A DNA stretch of 58,407 nt from an uncultured Candidatus Saccharibacteria bacterium (GCA_964409225.1 CAYPCM010000004.1:1-58407), one strand, 5' to 3'. Shown: positions 30,679-40,609, counted from the stretch's first letter. Numbers and translations are program-made. The notes: generated from the sequence alone by a model not told the origin.

Positions 30679-31875
30679 ATGTTTGAAACAGAGACCGAAC
30701 TTCAATCATCAGCCAAGAAACTCCGTACCCCCATGGCAGAGGCGTTCATCAAATTGCCAATCGCACAGGTCTTGCCTCAAATCGGCACAGTGTTGCAGGG
30801 CACGGTAATAGAAAAAGCCCCGGCCAGCATCTATGTGGACCTAGGCCTATTAGGCACGGGCATAGTGTACGGCCGCGAGTATCTGGACGCAATCGGAGTG
30901 GCGCGTAAAATGAAGGTGGGCGATAGGATTTACGCCAAGGTGATTGAGATCGAAAACGAAGACGGCTATGTGGAGCTTTCCTTGCGAGAAGCTGGACGCG
31001 AGAAAACCTGGGAGCGCTTTAACCGCTTGAAAGAAGAAGGCGAAGTCGTTTCGGTGAAAATAATTGAGGCGAATCGTGGAGGGCTCATTGCCGAAGTGGA
31101 AGGCGTGAAAGCGTTTTTGCCTGTTTCACAACTTTCGTCTGAGCACTATCCCAGAGTGGAGGGCGGCGATAAGCAAAAAATTTATTTGGAGCTTCAAAAG
31201 TTCGTGGGCAGCGACTTGCACGTAAAAGTGCTGGACGTGGATCCACGAGAAGACAAACTGATTCTCTCGGAAAAGGAGATTGAAGCCAAAGAGGTACGCG
31301 AACTCTTGAGCCACTGGCACGTGGGCGACGTTGTGGCGGGAGAAGTGTCCGGGGTCGTTGATTTCGGCGCTTTCATCAAATTCCGGGTTGACCCTGCTGA
31401 TGAAAACGCGCCGCTTGTCGAAGGGTTGGTCCACATCTCCGAACTCGACCACAAACTCATAGACGACCCCAGGACCATCGTGAAAATCGGCGACAAAATC
31501 AAGGCCGTGATCATAGGTCTTGAGGGCGGCCGAGTGTCGTTCTCGTTAAAACGCCTTAAGGAGGACCCGTGGAAAGCCGCCACCAGCAAGTACCAGAAAG
31601 GTGACGAGGTGCAGGGTGAAATCACAAAACTCAATCCCTACGGCGCCTTCGTGCGGCTCGACGAACACATCCACGGCCTGGCACACGTCTCGCAGTTCGG
31701 CTCCGAAAACGACATGCGCCGCGCGTTAGTTATCGGCAAAAACTATCAGTTCCGAATCACCGACTTAAAACCGGAAGAGCACCGGCTCGCGCTGACCCCG
31801 GTTACGCCTGAAGAGTCGTCCTCCCCCGCTCCCGCTCCAGAAACACCGGCAACGCCCACGGAGGACCATGCGTAA
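30679..31875 (+). CDS. rpsA: 30S ribosomal protein S1 (four S1 domains)
   Basis: NRGGL..AFLPVSQ, DFGAF..GLVHISE, YGAFV..GLAHVS. Confidence 0.92.
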   Translation: MFETETELQSSAKKLRTPMAEAFIKLPIAQVLPQIGTVLQGTVIEKAPASIYVDLGLLGTGIVYGREYLDAIGVARKMKVGDRIYAKVIEIENEDGYVELSLREAGREKTWERFNRLKEEGEVVSVKIIEANRGGLIAEVEGVKAFLPVSQLSSEHYPRVEGGDKQKIYLELQKFVGSDLHVKVLDVDPREDKLILSEKEIEAKEVRELLSHWHVGDVVAGEVSGVVDFGAFIKFRVDPADENAPLVEGLVHISELDHKLIDDPRTIVKIGDKIKAVIIGLEGGRVSFSLKRLKEDPWKAATSKYQKGDEVQGEITKLNPYGAFVRLDEHIHGLAHVSQFGSENDMRRALVIGKNYQFRITDLKPEEHRLALTPVTPEESSSPAPAPETPATPTEDHA

Positions 31876-34800
31876 TGCGTAATCTCTCCAAAAATATCCT
31901 CATTGCCGTAGGCGTGTTCCTGCTCATCGCCGCGCTCTTTGGCATGTTCGCCTCGCCTTTCTCTGAAGCGCCGAGTACGTCGCTGAAGGACTTGGTTGAA
32001 AAAATCAACTCGGGCACCGTCGAAAAAATCGTCATCAAAGGCGACACGCTCGAAGCGACGTTCACTGACGGCGCCAAAGCGCGCGTCCGCAAAGAAACCG
32101 ACGCCGCCTTTACCGAAACGATGAAAAACCTTGGGGTCAGTGAAGATCGCCTTCGCGCCGTTGATTTGAAAGTGGAAGACGATACCGGCCCGGCGTTCAT
32201 CTTCGGCACGCTTTTGCCGCTCCTCTTGCCGTTCCTGCTCATCGGTTTTTTCATCTGGTTCATGTTCCGCCAGGCGCAACGCGGCAACATGCAAGCGTTT
32301 ACCTTTTCACGCGCCCAGCCCCGGCTCGCCTCCCCACTGGACAAAAACCGCATCACTTTTGACGACGTGGCCGGCCTGCACGAAGCCAAAGAAGAACTAA
32401 AAGAAATCGTTGAGTTTTTGCGCAGCCCCAAAAAGTTCCTTGATATCGGCGCCCGCATCCCGCGAGGGGTGCTGCTCATGGGTCCGCCCGGGAGCGGCAA
32501 GACGCTACTGGCGCGGGCGGTGGCAGGTGAAGCCAGCGCGCCTTTCTTCCATATCTCCGGGTCAGAATTCGTTGAACTCTTCGTGGGCGTTGGCGCGGGT
32601 CGGGTGCGCGACCTTTTCCGCACCGCCAAACGCAATGCGCCGTCCATAATTTTCGTTGATGAAATTGACGCAGTGGGCCGCCATCGCGGCGCGGGCTTGG
32701 GCGGCGGGCACGACGAACGCGAACAAACGCTCAATCAAATCCTGGTCGAGATGGACGGTTTTGATCGCGAAACGCAAACCATAGTCATCGCGGCAAGCGT
32801 AACGGGCGATACGCCTGTACTCATCAAAAAAGGCGCGGAATGCTACCTCAGGCCCATTGCTGAAGTCGTTGATTCCTACTACCGCGACGGCGAAGAAGGG
32901 ACGGAAAAGGAGGTGCGTGGCGCCTTTGAGGTGCTCGGCTTCCGAAGCAGACCGCGCAGCCAGCAGTATTTCGATGCCGCAGTATTCCAGCCGGTGCGGA
33001 GCGTCTTCCGACACCGCGTCAATGAAATTTTCTGTGTTGAATACCTAGGAGGATCGCTCCGCGCCACGGGGAATCATTCGGTGTTTGTAAGGACGAACGG
33101 CGGAGTCAAGCCAAAAGCAGTCGAGAACCTCAAGCCAGGCGATGTGCTCGCAGATCTACCGTACACGGTGAACCGAACCCAGAAATTGAGACGGGAAACC
33201 AGAGCATATGCCTGTGCCCCAGAATTTCGCCTAGAGCTGCCAGTCTGGCAGCCGCTTTTCCAGCCGCATGAACACGTCGCCCAGGCGTACGCGTACGCCC
33301 GCAGTCACGAAGGCGAATATTCTCAACAGCACATCGGCGCGATGTTCGATGTCTCCCAGCGCACCATCGGCAAGTGGCAACAGGGGCTATGCGTGCCGCG
33401 AGCGCTCTCGCGCAACTACTTCCAGCACGCGACGATGCTCCCCGAAAGCGTACCCGTAACACCCCCGTTGATGCGGCTCTTCGGCTACTTCGTCGCCGAG
33501 GGATATGCACGCAAAGAGATCGATTTCTGTCTTGGAACGCACGAGCACACGAAGATCGCAGAGGTCAAAGGCCTCATGCAAGACATCTTTCGCCTCTCGC
33601 CAAGTAGAGAACGACGCCTCACGCCGAACGCCATCAATATCGTGTATCACTCGAAACCCCTCGCCGCATTCTTCGCCCACTACTGCGGTACCGGAGCTGC
33701 GCATAAACACCTCCCCCCATTCCTCTTCACCGCTCCCCGGGAGTACTTTGTTGAGTTTCTTAGAGGTTATTTCAATGGTGATGGACACGAAGATAGGCAC
33801 GGCCAGTTGGGGATGACTTCGATGAGCAGACGATTGATTCTGGAGCTCAACTGGCTCGCGCGGATGCACGGCTTCAAGAGCTACGTCTCTTCGTTTCGTA
33901 CCAAGGCGGGAAGACGCATCGGCCAAGGCAAACCACTGAAAGCGAGTACGGCTTGGAGAGTCGGCTTCGGGAAGACCCAGAATCCACTGCGAGTAGTCGC
34001 GGGCAAAGCGAGCACTAAGCGAGCGATTGTCCGGAGGATTACGAGGGTTCCATTCGATGGATTTGTGTATGACTTCTGCGGCTGCGAAAACGAGGCGTTC
34101 TTTGGCGGCGAATCGCCGATGTTGCTTCACAACACCAACCGCCCAGATATTTTGGACCCTGCGTTACTGCGACCGGGTCGCTTCGACCGACGAGTGGTGC
34201 TGGACGAACCGGACATAAGAGACCGCGAAGAGATCCTGAAAATACATCTTAAGTCGAAGCCCCAAGCCCGCACTGTTAACATCCGCGAACTGGCCGAGCG
34301 CACGCCGGGTTTTTCCGGCGCTGATCTCGCCAATTTGGTCAACGAAGGCGCCATCTTGGCGGCTCGCCGCGGCAAAACCTCTATCGGCCAGCGCGAACTG
34401 TTTGAATCAATTGAAAAAGTCATGCTCGGTCCTGAACGCAAAAGCCACGTGCTCACCATGCGCGAAAAGGAAATTGCGGCTTATCACGAGGCCGGCCACG
34501 CGCTTACTGCAGCGGCCCAACCAGACGCCGATCCGGTGCACAAAATTTCTATTGTTTCTCGCGGTATGGCTGCCGGCTACACGCTGAAGCTTCCGACCGA
34601 AGACCGACACCTGCATACGCGGGCACAATTCCTCGCTGATTTGGCGGTGATGCTTGGCGGCTATTCGGCCGAAGAGATTGTTTTTAACGAAATCACGACC
34701 GGCGCGGCCGACGATTTGAGGCGCGCCTCACAGCTAGCCCGCCGTTTGGTAACAAACTTCGGCATGTCCGAACGGATCGGCCCCGTTGTCTACGGCGAAA

Positions 34801-35114
34801 AAGAAGAGTTAGTATTCCTCGGCAAAGAGCTCGGCGTAGAACGCAATTACTCGGAAGAAGTGGCAGCCCTAATTGACAAAGAAGTGGAGAAATTAATCCG
34901 TGACGCCCACTCAAAGGCGCGTACAATCATCGCTGACAAACGCAATCTGCTTGATGCCATCGCCAAACAACTTAAAGTGCACGAAACCATAGAACGAAAC
35001 GAGTTCGAAAAAATCATCGCCGGCCAAGTGCCGCCCAAACGCAATCAGGAGCTCGCGCAGGTAGAGGACGATGCGGAAGAACCAACGCAGGGAACGGCTG
35101 AAGCGATCGCGTAG
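31875..35114 (+). CDS. ftsH: ATP-dependent zinc metalloprotease FtsH, intein-containing
   Basis: Two TM helices, [37 protein letters not shown]. Confidence 0.97.
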   Translation: MRNLSKNILIAVGVFLLIAALFGMFASPFSEAPSTSLKDLVEKINSGTVEKIVIKGDTLEATFTDGAKARVRKETDAAFTETMKNLGVSEDRLRAVDLKVEDDTGPAFIFGTLLPLLLPFLLIGFFIWFMFRQAQRGNMQAFTFSRAQPRLASPLDKNRITFDDVAGLHEAKEELKEIVEFLRSPKKFLDIGARIPRGVLLMGPPGSGKTLLARAVAGEASAPFFHISGSEFVELFVGVGAGRVRDLFRTAKRNAPSIIFVDEIDAVGRHRGAGLGGGHDEREQTLNQILVEMDGFDRETQTIVIAASVTGDTPVLIKKGAECYLRPIAEVVDSYYRDGEEGTEKEVRGAFEVLGFRSRPRSQQYFDAAVFQPVRSVFRHRVNEIFCVEYLGGSLRATGNHSVFVRTNGGVKPKAVENLKPGDVLADLPYTVNRTQKLRRETRAYACAPEFRLELPVWQPLFQPHEHVAQAYAYARSHEGEYSQQHIGAMFDVSQRTIGKWQQGLCVPRALSRNYFQHATMLPESVPVTPPLMRLFGYFVAEGYARKEIDFCLGTHEHTKIAEVKGLMQDIFRLSPSRERRLTPNAINIVYHSKPLAAFFAHYCGTGAAHKHLPPFLFTAPREYFVEFLRGYFNGDGHEDRHGQLGMTSMSRRLILELNWLARMHGFKSYVSSFRTKAGRRIGQGKPLKASTAWRVGFGKTQNPLRVVAGKASTKRAIVRRITRVPFDGFVYDFCGCENEAFFGGESPMLLHNTNRPDILDPALLRPGRFDRRVVLDEPDIRDREEILKIHLKSKPQARTVNIRELAERTPGFSGADLANLVNEGAILAARRGKTSIGQRELFESIEKVMLGPERKSHVLTMREKEIAAYHEAGHALTAAAQPDADPVHKISIVSRGMAAGYTLKLPTEDRHLHTRAQFLADLAVMLGGYSAEEIVFNEITTGAADDLRRASQLARRLVTNFGMSERIGPVVYGEKEELVFLGKELGVERNYSEEVAALIDKEVEKLIRDAHSKARTIIADKRNLLDAIAKQLKVHETIERNEFEKIIAGQVPPKRNQELAQVEDDAEEPTQGTAEAIA
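32796..34133 (+). mobile_element. Intein with LAGLIDADG homing endonuclease (446 aa)
   Basis: IVIAA|SVTGDTPV...ATGNHSVF...VYDF...LLHN|TNRPD; LFGYFVAEG and [10 protein letters not shown] motifs. Confidence 0.95.
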
Positions 35115-35118
35115 CCGG

Positions 35119-35225
35119 ACGCGCCCGTTAGAAAACTTACCGTGAGCGCTTTATCTCAAGAAGTATTCCCAAGTTTGCGTACGGCCGAGTAACTCATTAC
35201 GCAGCAGGTTTTCTAACGGGCGCGT
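35119..35225. repeat. CCCGTTAGAAA/TTTCTAACGGG inverted-repeat element overlapping the tRNA 5' end
   Basis: ACGCGCCCGTTAGAAAAC (35119-35136) pairs with GTTTTCTAACGGGCGCGT (35208-35225). Confidence 0.8.
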
Positions 35226-35293
35226 AGCTCAATTGGCAGAGCAGGCGACTTATACTCGCTCGGTTCTAGGTTCGAGTCCTAGCGCGCCCACCA
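35218..35293 (+). tRNA. tRNA-Ile(TAT)
   Basis: Acceptor GGGCGCG/CGCGCCC, anticodon arm GGCGA-CTTATAC-TCGCT, ACCA end. Confidence 0.9.
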
Positions 35294-35341
35294 CATAGTG
35301 CGCCCTGCCCCAACGGGGCAGGGCGCATTGCTCTGGGCCGA

Positions 35342-35422
35342 CTACTTCTTGGCGCCTTGACCGCTACCGCCTCCGCCGCCAGGAACTGCCGGGCCCTTCT
35401 TCGGCTTCTTCTTCGTGGCCAT
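35342..35422 (-). CDS. Candidate 26-aa Lys/Gly-rich peptide
   Basis: MATKKKPKKGPAVPGGGGGSGQGAKK*, GGGAGGGGGTGA SD, hairpin at 35299-35328 downstream. Confidence 0.4.
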   Translation of the reverse strand: MATKKKPKKGPAVPGGGGGSGQGAKK

Positions 35423-35666
35423 CCTGCTCACCCCCTCCCTATGCCAGCGCTCATCGGTAGTAACGCCCGCGGGCAACGGCCGAAAAGACATGGCCTGCGG
35501 CCGCCGCGGAACCCACGCCCGCACCATGTGCTTGCCCGCTCCCCTCTGACTGCAGTATACGAAAACGCAGCGCGTGGTTCAAACACAATTGCCAATAAAG
35601 CATACTACTCGTACAATACTGACGAACATGGTCGTGCGCGTCGTTGGTTCACCCCGCTCGATATAT

Positions 35667-35741
35667 GCGCCCTTAGCTCAGTGGCAGAGCGCTTGCATGA
35701 CACGCAAGAGGCCGTAGGTTCAATCCCTACAGGGCGCACCA
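35667..35741 (+). tRNA. tRNA-Val(GAC)
   Basis: CTTGC-ATGACAC-GCAAG, ACCA end. Confidence 0.93.
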
Positions 35742-35742
35742 A

Positions 35743-36462
35743 ATGAAACTCGCCATCATTGCCGATACTCCTGACTACATCGTGGTAGATAAGCCAACTG
35801 ACGTTTTGACCCATCCCACAAGCCGCCACGAACCCGACACGCTCATCGCGGCTGTCTTGAACCGCTACCCGGAGATTTCCTCGGTCGGGGATTCGCCGAA
35901 CCGGCCCGGGTTGGTGCACCGGCTCGATCGCGACACGTCCGGCGTACTCATCGTCGCGCGAACGCAGCCGACGTTCGAACTGCTCAAACGGCTTTTCGCA
36001 ACCAGACAAATAAAGAAAACATACCTCGCGCTCGTCCACGGCATTGTGCGAAACGACAAGGGCTCTGTTGATTTGGCCATCGGACGCTCAACGCGAGATT
36101 CGGTGCGGCGCGTAACCGCGCTCAGTCGTGCAGCCAAAGACCTCAAGTCCGCCCGGACGCGCTTCCGGGTTCTCCAGCGCCTCACCGCCGGCAAAACCGA
36201 TTTCACGCTTCTCGAAATCTCGCCGGAAACCGGCCGCACCCATCAAATTCGGGTGCATCTCGCTCACCTTGGCCATCCCGTGGCCGGCGACGAGCTGTAC
36301 CGGCAAAAACGCGCTATCCCGCCCCCGGGGTTGAAGCGTCTGTTTCTGCACGCGCTCCGGCTTGAAATCCCATTCCCAGAGGGCAAAAAAACTTTTGAGT
36401 CCCCACTACCACCTGAATTGCAGGCGACGCTCTCAGGCCTTGAACCAAAACTGGAATCATGA
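35743..36462 (+). CDS. RluA/RluD-family pseudouridine synthase
   Basis: [24 protein letters not shown]. Confidence 0.95.
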   Translation: MKLAIIADTPDYIVVDKPTDVLTHPTSRHEPDTLIAAVLNRYPEISSVGDSPNRPGLVHRLDRDTSGVLIVARTQPTFELLKRLFATRQIKKTYLALVHGIVRNDKGSVDLAIGRSTRDSVRRVTALSRAAKDLKSARTRFRVLQRLTAGKTDFTLLEISPETGRTHQIRVHLAHLGHPVAGDELYRQKRAIPPPGLKRLFLHALRLEIPFPEGKKTFESPLPPELQATLSGLEPKLES

Positions 36463-36478
36463 TATCCTCAAAAGCTGT

Positions 36479-36832
36479 ATGGCCCCCATTATCCTAGCGG
36501 AACAGCAAACCCGAACCGACCTGCCCGACCTCAAACCCGGGGATACGGTTCGGGTCTGGCAGAAAATCAGAGAAGGCGACAAAGAACGTCTGCAGGCGTT
36601 CGAGGGCGTGCTCATTGCCCGTCGTCACGGCCGCGGCGTTTCAGCCACGTTCACGGTGCGCCGCGTGGTATCGGGCATAGGCGTCGAACGCATATTTGCG
36701 CTGCACTCGCCCGCAATCGACAAAATCGAACTCCTTAAACGTACAAAGGTCCGCCGGGCCAAACTCACGTATCTCCGCCAGCGCTCGGGCAAAGCCGCGC
36801 GGATGCGCGAGGCAATCGCCTCGACACCCTAA
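36479..36832 (+). CDS. rplS: 50S ribosomal protein L19
   Basis: [33 protein letters not shown]. Confidence 0.97.
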   Translation: MAPIILAEQQTRTDLPDLKPGDTVRVWQKIREGDKERLQAFEGVLIARRHGRGVSATFTVRRVVSGIGVERIFALHSPAIDKIELLKRTKVRRAKLTYLRQRSGKAARMREAIASTP

Positions 36833-36844
36833 ATTCGAAATAGT

Positions 36845-36928
36845 GCGCGGGTGGCGTAACTGGTAGCCGCGCAAGGTCGAGGGCCTTGTGGGAGCAATCC
36901 CGTGGAGGTTCGAGTCCTCTCCCGCGCA
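36845..36928 (+). tRNA. tRNA-Leu(GAG)
   Basis: CAAGG-TCGAGGG-CCTTG (C at position 33), long variable arm. Confidence 0.88.
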
Positions 36929-36980
36929 CAACGCTAAGCGTTGTTTCGGGCGCGCTCAGCGTGCCACCAACAACTAATCC

Positions 36981-37505
36981 ATGACTCCTGCAGGACATTT
37001 AGCCGGCGGATACCTTGTGGCTACCGCCTTAACCGCCCTCGTCCCTGAAACGCGTCCCTTTTCGCAGTGGCTCATCGCGGCCACGATGTTGGGCAGCGTA
37101 TTCCCGGACATTGATCTCGTCTACCATCTGTGGAAACAGCAGAGCATCCGCATGGAATATGGCGCCATCTACCATCGCGCCTATCCCACCCACGCGCCGG
37201 TACTCTACGCCGCGGCTGCCGGTGTGGCCTTATCACCGCTAAGTCCGCTGTACGTCGGCATCTGGGCACCTTTCGCCTTTTTCATAGGAGTACTCATCCA
37301 CTTCGTACAAGACAGCTTCGGCGCAGGCCCTGGCATCCGGTGGCTGTGGCCGTGGCGTAAAAAGTTCCTGCGGGCGCCAACCGTCTATCGCAGCGACGGC
37401 TCATTCAAAAGGAATGTTTTTATGCGTCCGAACCAATATCTGCGCCACTGGCTGTGCTGGATAGAGGCGGCATTAGTCGTAGTGGCAATTTTCATCGGCA
37501 GGTAA
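36981..37505 (+). CDS. Membrane metal-dependent hydrolase (YdjM-like)
   Basis: GH, PDID, HR..TH, H...D motifs. Confidence 0.85.
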   Translation: MTPAGHLAGGYLVATALTALVPETRPFSQWLIAATMLGSVFPDIDLVYHLWKQQSIRMEYGAIYHRAYPTHAPVLYAAAAGVALSPLSPLYVGIWAPFAFFIGVLIHFVQDSFGAGPGIRWLWPWRKKFLRAPTVYRSDGSFKRNVFMRPNQYLRHWLCWIEAALVVVAIFIGR

Positions 37506-37547
37506 GATGGGCGCGCCTCAAAAGAATGGCTCGTTTATTAAATGTAT

Positions 37548-37619
37548 GCGCGCTTAGCTCAGTGGTAGAGCGACTCGTTTACACCGAGTAGGTCGGGAGT
37601 TCAATCCTCTCAGCGCGCA
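37548..37619 (+). tRNA. tRNA-Val(TAC)
   Basis: ACTCG-TTTACAC-CGAGT. Confidence 0.95.
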
Positions 37620-37666
37620 CATCAAAAAATCTAACGGGGCAAGCCGAAGAGGGGAACGCATCCACC

Positions 37667-38200
37667 ATGACCATCGGCATTATCTCCGACACTCACGACC
37701 GGCTCGATACGCTCGAGCGCGCTGTACAGACATTCAAGCAACACGGCGTTAAGCTGGTGGTGCATTGCGGCGACTGGATCGCGCCTTTCACCGTGGCCAA
37801 AATTGTTTCTCTTGTTCGCGACGAACTCAATTGCCCGCTTAAGGGCGTGTTTGGCAACAACGACGGCGACCTGTTCTATATTCTCACACAAAATTACGCC
37901 CAGGGCTGGAACATCGAATTTTCGGATACAATTTTGGAGCTTGAATTCGACGGCCGGAAGATCGCGGTTTATCACGGCACCGATCAAGCCGTCACCGCTT
38001 CGCTCATCGCTTCAAAACGCTACGCTGCCGTCTTCACCGGCCACACGCACGCGCCTCTAAACGAGGCCAAAGACGGCATCCTGCATTTGAACCCGGGCAG
38101 CACCTCGTACCTCCGCAACGGCTCTATTATTGACGAAGCGACGGTGGCTGTGTACGATACGGAAGCGCATACCGCACAAATCATCGCCCTTGATTCGTGA
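37667..38200 (+). CDS. YfcE/MJ0936-family metallophosphoesterase
   Basis: SDTHD, HCGD, GNND, YHG, GHTH, NPGS. Confidence 0.92.
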   Translation: MTIGIISDTHDRLDTLERAVQTFKQHGVKLVVHCGDWIAPFTVAKIVSLVRDELNCPLKGVFGNNDGDLFYILTQNYAQGWNIEFSDTILELEFDGRKIAVYHGTDQAVTASLIASKRYAAVFTGHTHAPLNEAKDGILHLNPGSTSYLRNGSIIDEATVAVYDTEAHTAQIIALDS

Positions 38201-38235
38201 TTTTTAATTCGTTATTCGATGTTCTTTCGTAATCT

Positions 38236-38417
38236 GCCTGGGTAGCTCAGTGGTACCTGCCTGCCGGCAGGCAGGGAGCGCCCAGCACCTTTTACCGCCG
38301 GACTAGCTCATTGGTAGAGCGCTTCCCTGAAGAGGAAGGCGTACCCAGTTCGATTCTGGGGTCCGGCACAATATCCAAAAGGTGCTGGGGTGTCGGGGGT
38401 TCGACCCCCCCCAGGCA
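38236..38417 (+). pseudogene. Interrupted outer tRNA (Phe-like body) enclosing an intact tRNA-Phe
   Basis: Acceptor GCCTGGG/CCCAGGC-A, D arm with 20-nt palindrome insert, anticodon arm replaced by CCCAGCACCTTTT/AAAAGGTGCTGGG stem, GTGTC-GGGGG-TTCGA T arm 2 nt short. Confidence 0.8.
38297..38368 (+). tRNA. tRNA-Phe(GAA), nested
   Basis: Acceptor GCCGGAC/GTCCGGC, CTTCC-CTGAAGA-GGAAG. Confidence 0.92.
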
Positions 38418-38468
38418 CTTGAATCAGTTAAAAGTTAAAAATGAAAAGTTAATAGAAGCTATTTAATC

Positions 38469-38567
38469 ATGGCCACGGAAGAAAAACTCCTTATTGGTTT
38501 TGGTATTTTTATAGGGATCGTCGTCGGCGGATTCATCGGGGCGCTCGCCGGCAAATTCCTTTTATGA
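38469..38567 (+). CDS. 32-aa single-TM Gly-rich peptide
   Basis: MATEEKLLIGFGIFIGIVVGGFIGALAGKFLL*, ATGA-coupled to the next ORF. Confidence 0.55.
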   Translation: MATEEKLLIGFGIFIGIVVGGFIGALAGKFLL

Positions 38568-38776
38568 ATGGCGAACGCCAAACCGCGCTCGCCCAAAAGC
38601 TTGCCGAGTTAGAAACCGAACTTGCGGGAATACGCAAACTCAAATCCGAAGCGCTTGAAGCGGGTGGAAACGGTTGGCACGACAATGCGAGCTATGACAT
38701 TGTGGTCCAAGATGAATACCGCCTATTGAGAAAAATCGCCGAACTGAAGGCAAAAGTCCAAGCGACGCGGGGTTAA
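38564..38776 (+). CDS. Small coiled-coil hairpin protein resembling the GreA/GreB N-terminal domain
   Basis: Helix-GGNGWHDNASYD-helix (compare GDLSENAEY). Confidence 0.6.
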   Translation: MNGERQTALAQKLAELETELAGIRKLKSEALEAGGNGWHDNASYDIVVQDEYRLLRKIAELKAKVQATRG

Positions 38777-38842
38777 ATCTGCTGCTATTGTATAACTGTA
38801 CCCAATACACTAGCATCAGACATATGTATATTGGGTTCAGTT

Positions 38843-39496
38843 ATGCGCAAAGATAAACTGCGTGCGATAGCCCTTAGAAAACGCGGCTATAGCTACAACA
38901 ATATCAGGAGAAAGCTCAGCGTACCAAAAAGTACGCTGTCAGCGTGGTTCTCGCCATTCGCTTGGTCCAACGTTATTAGGCGAGACCTAACGCGACGATC
39001 ATTCGAAAAAGTATATCCGCAACTACGAGCTATGGCTCGCGCTCGAGCGGTGATGTGGGCTAAGTGGCGCGCCGAAGCTCGTAAGGAAGCGACAGGGGAA
39101 TTCAAGAAGCTTGCTAGTGATCCGCTGTTCATTGCCGGAGTAATGCTTTATTGGGGAGAAGGCGACAAAAATCCAGTAAATCCAGTGAGAATCTCTAATA
39201 CAGATTCGCGCCTCGTACGCATCTTCGTTGAGTTTCTTCAAAAGAGCTGTGGTCTGCCGAAAGAGAAAGTGAAAGCCAACCTCATTCTTTATCCAGATCT
39301 GAATGAACAGATGAGCAAAAAATACTGGTCCTCGACCACAACCATCCCTGAAGAATCATTTACGAAAACTCAGTTTATCAAGGGCAGGCATAAGACCAAA
39401 AGGTTAAGCTACGGCATCTGTGTAGTGAGTGTTTCAAGTAGGCAATTGAAAGAAAAAGTTCTGACATGGATCGAAAGTTTCGCCCACAGATTATGA
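38843..39496 (+). CDS. HTH plus LAGLIDADG-like protein abutting tRNA-Gly
   Basis: LRKRGYSY..I...L.VPKSTLS.W HTH; GVMLYWGEGDK; ISNTD. Confidence 0.75.
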   Translation: MRKDKLRAIALRKRGYSYNNIRRKLSVPKSTLSAWFSPFAWSNVIRRDLTRRSFEKVYPQLRAMARARAVMWAKWRAEARKEATGEFKKLASDPLFIAGVMLYWGEGDKNPVNPVRISNTDSRLVRIFVEFLQKSCGLPKEKVKANLILYPDLNEQMSKKYWSSTTTIPEESFTKTQFIKGRHKTKRLSYGICVVSVSSRQLKEKVLTWIESFAHRL

Positions 39497-39498
39497 GT

Positions 39499-39572
39499 GC
39501 GGGTATGGTTTAGTGGCAGAACGGGATCTTGCCAAGATCCTAGCGGGGGTTCGATTCCCCCTACCCGCTCCA
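39499..39572 (+). tRNA. tRNA-Gly(GCC)
   Basis: GGATC-TTGCCAA-GATCC, TCCA end. Confidence 0.95.
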
Positions 39573-39634
39573 TACAATACCGCCCCGATGGCCATCGGGG
39601 CGGTATTGTTTTCCTCGTTTTTTCTGAAACATTG

Positions 39635-39711
39635 ACCCCGTTAGAAAACACGATGGTCCCGGCAGATCGACAAACAAAAGGAAGTATAAGCCACGAGTTT
39701 TCTAATGTGGT
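39635..39711. repeat. Degenerate ACCCCGTTAGAAAAC inverted-repeat element
   Basis: ACCCCGTTAGAAAACACG...CGAGTTTTCTAATGTGGT. Confidence 0.65.
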
Positions 39712-39740
39712 TGACAAGTTATGAGAAGCATTGCAGACCA

Positions 39741-39769
39741 TTGACAAGCCTGCCCCTGCCTGCTATAAT
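39741..39769 (+). promoter_or_regulatory. Consensus sigma70 promoter with extended -10
   Basis: TTGACA-17 nt-TATAAT, with TG at the extended -10 position. Confidence 0.8.
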
Positions 39770-39806
39770 GGATATACAATCCCCTATTTGCGGGATTTTT
39801 TGTTTG

Positions 39807-39905
39807 CCCCATACCAAATCTCTAAGCTCAGGAATCTCAGCAAAACTGCTTACTATTTAGCGTCCTAGAGCCAAAAACGCCAAGCTAGCGCTATTTGGTA
39901 CGGGG
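39807..39905. repeat. CCCCATACCAAAT/ATTTGGTACGGGG inverted-repeat element in 5' UTR
   Basis: Arms at 39807-39819 and 39893-39905. Confidence 0.65.
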
Positions 39906-39985
39906 TTTGCCAGAGCCAAGAATCGTTGTACGCGGCCTAAAAAGCCATTTTATAGACAAGACGCCTTGTTTCCGGCAAACACCTT

Positions 39986-40546
39986 ATGCCTTATCCGAAC
40001 CAAAAACTACACCGGCGCAAAATCCTGCCTGCTCTCATTGTGGGCGGCGCGGTAGCCGTGGCGACGATTCTGGTGGTGCTGCCGCTTATCTTCCCGCTTT
40101 CCGCGGCCACCAACCGCAGTCAGTTCACGCCGGCTACGGATGTTGAAAATAAAAGCGTTCTCGTTGAGGACGACGCCTCGCCGTTCATCACTATAATGAG
40201 CACAACGCTGGTCGCACCCACCATTCCTGACACCCCTCTCGCAAATCGTTTCCGGATTGTCCAGCGCCGGCGCGTGCTCGTAACTGCATACTCTTCAACA
40301 CACGACCAAACCGACTCGTCACCCTTTGTCACGGCGCGCGGCACCATGGTGCGCGACGGCATCGTAGCCGCAAACTTCCTCCCGTTCGGCGCCAAAGTGC
40401 GCTTCCCGAAAATCTGGCCGCACAGGGTTTTCACCGTAGAAGACCGCATGCATGGTCGCTTCGCTAATCGGGTGGATATCTGGTTCGCGACCCGCGAAGA
40501 GGCGCTCGCCTTCGGCCTCAAAGTAACCGAACTCGAAATCTTCTAA
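39986..40546 (+). CDS. 3D-domain (MltA-like) cell-wall protein
   Basis: N-terminal TM, TAYSS..DQTD, VEDR, VDIW. Confidence 0.88.
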   Translation: MPYPNQKLHRRKILPALIVGGAVAVATILVVLPLIFPLSAATNRSQFTPATDVENKSVLVEDDASPFITIMSTTLVAPTIPDTPLANRFRIVQRRRVLVTAYSSTHDQTDSSPFVTARGTMVRDGIVAANFLPFGAKVRFPKIWPHRVFTVEDRMHGRFANRVDIWFATREEALAFGLKVTELEIF

Positions 40547-40609
40547 CCGCCGGAGCGTCTCCGAACGCTCCGCCGCCCCGCCTGAAGGCGGGGCGGCGTT
40601 GTTTCTGCT

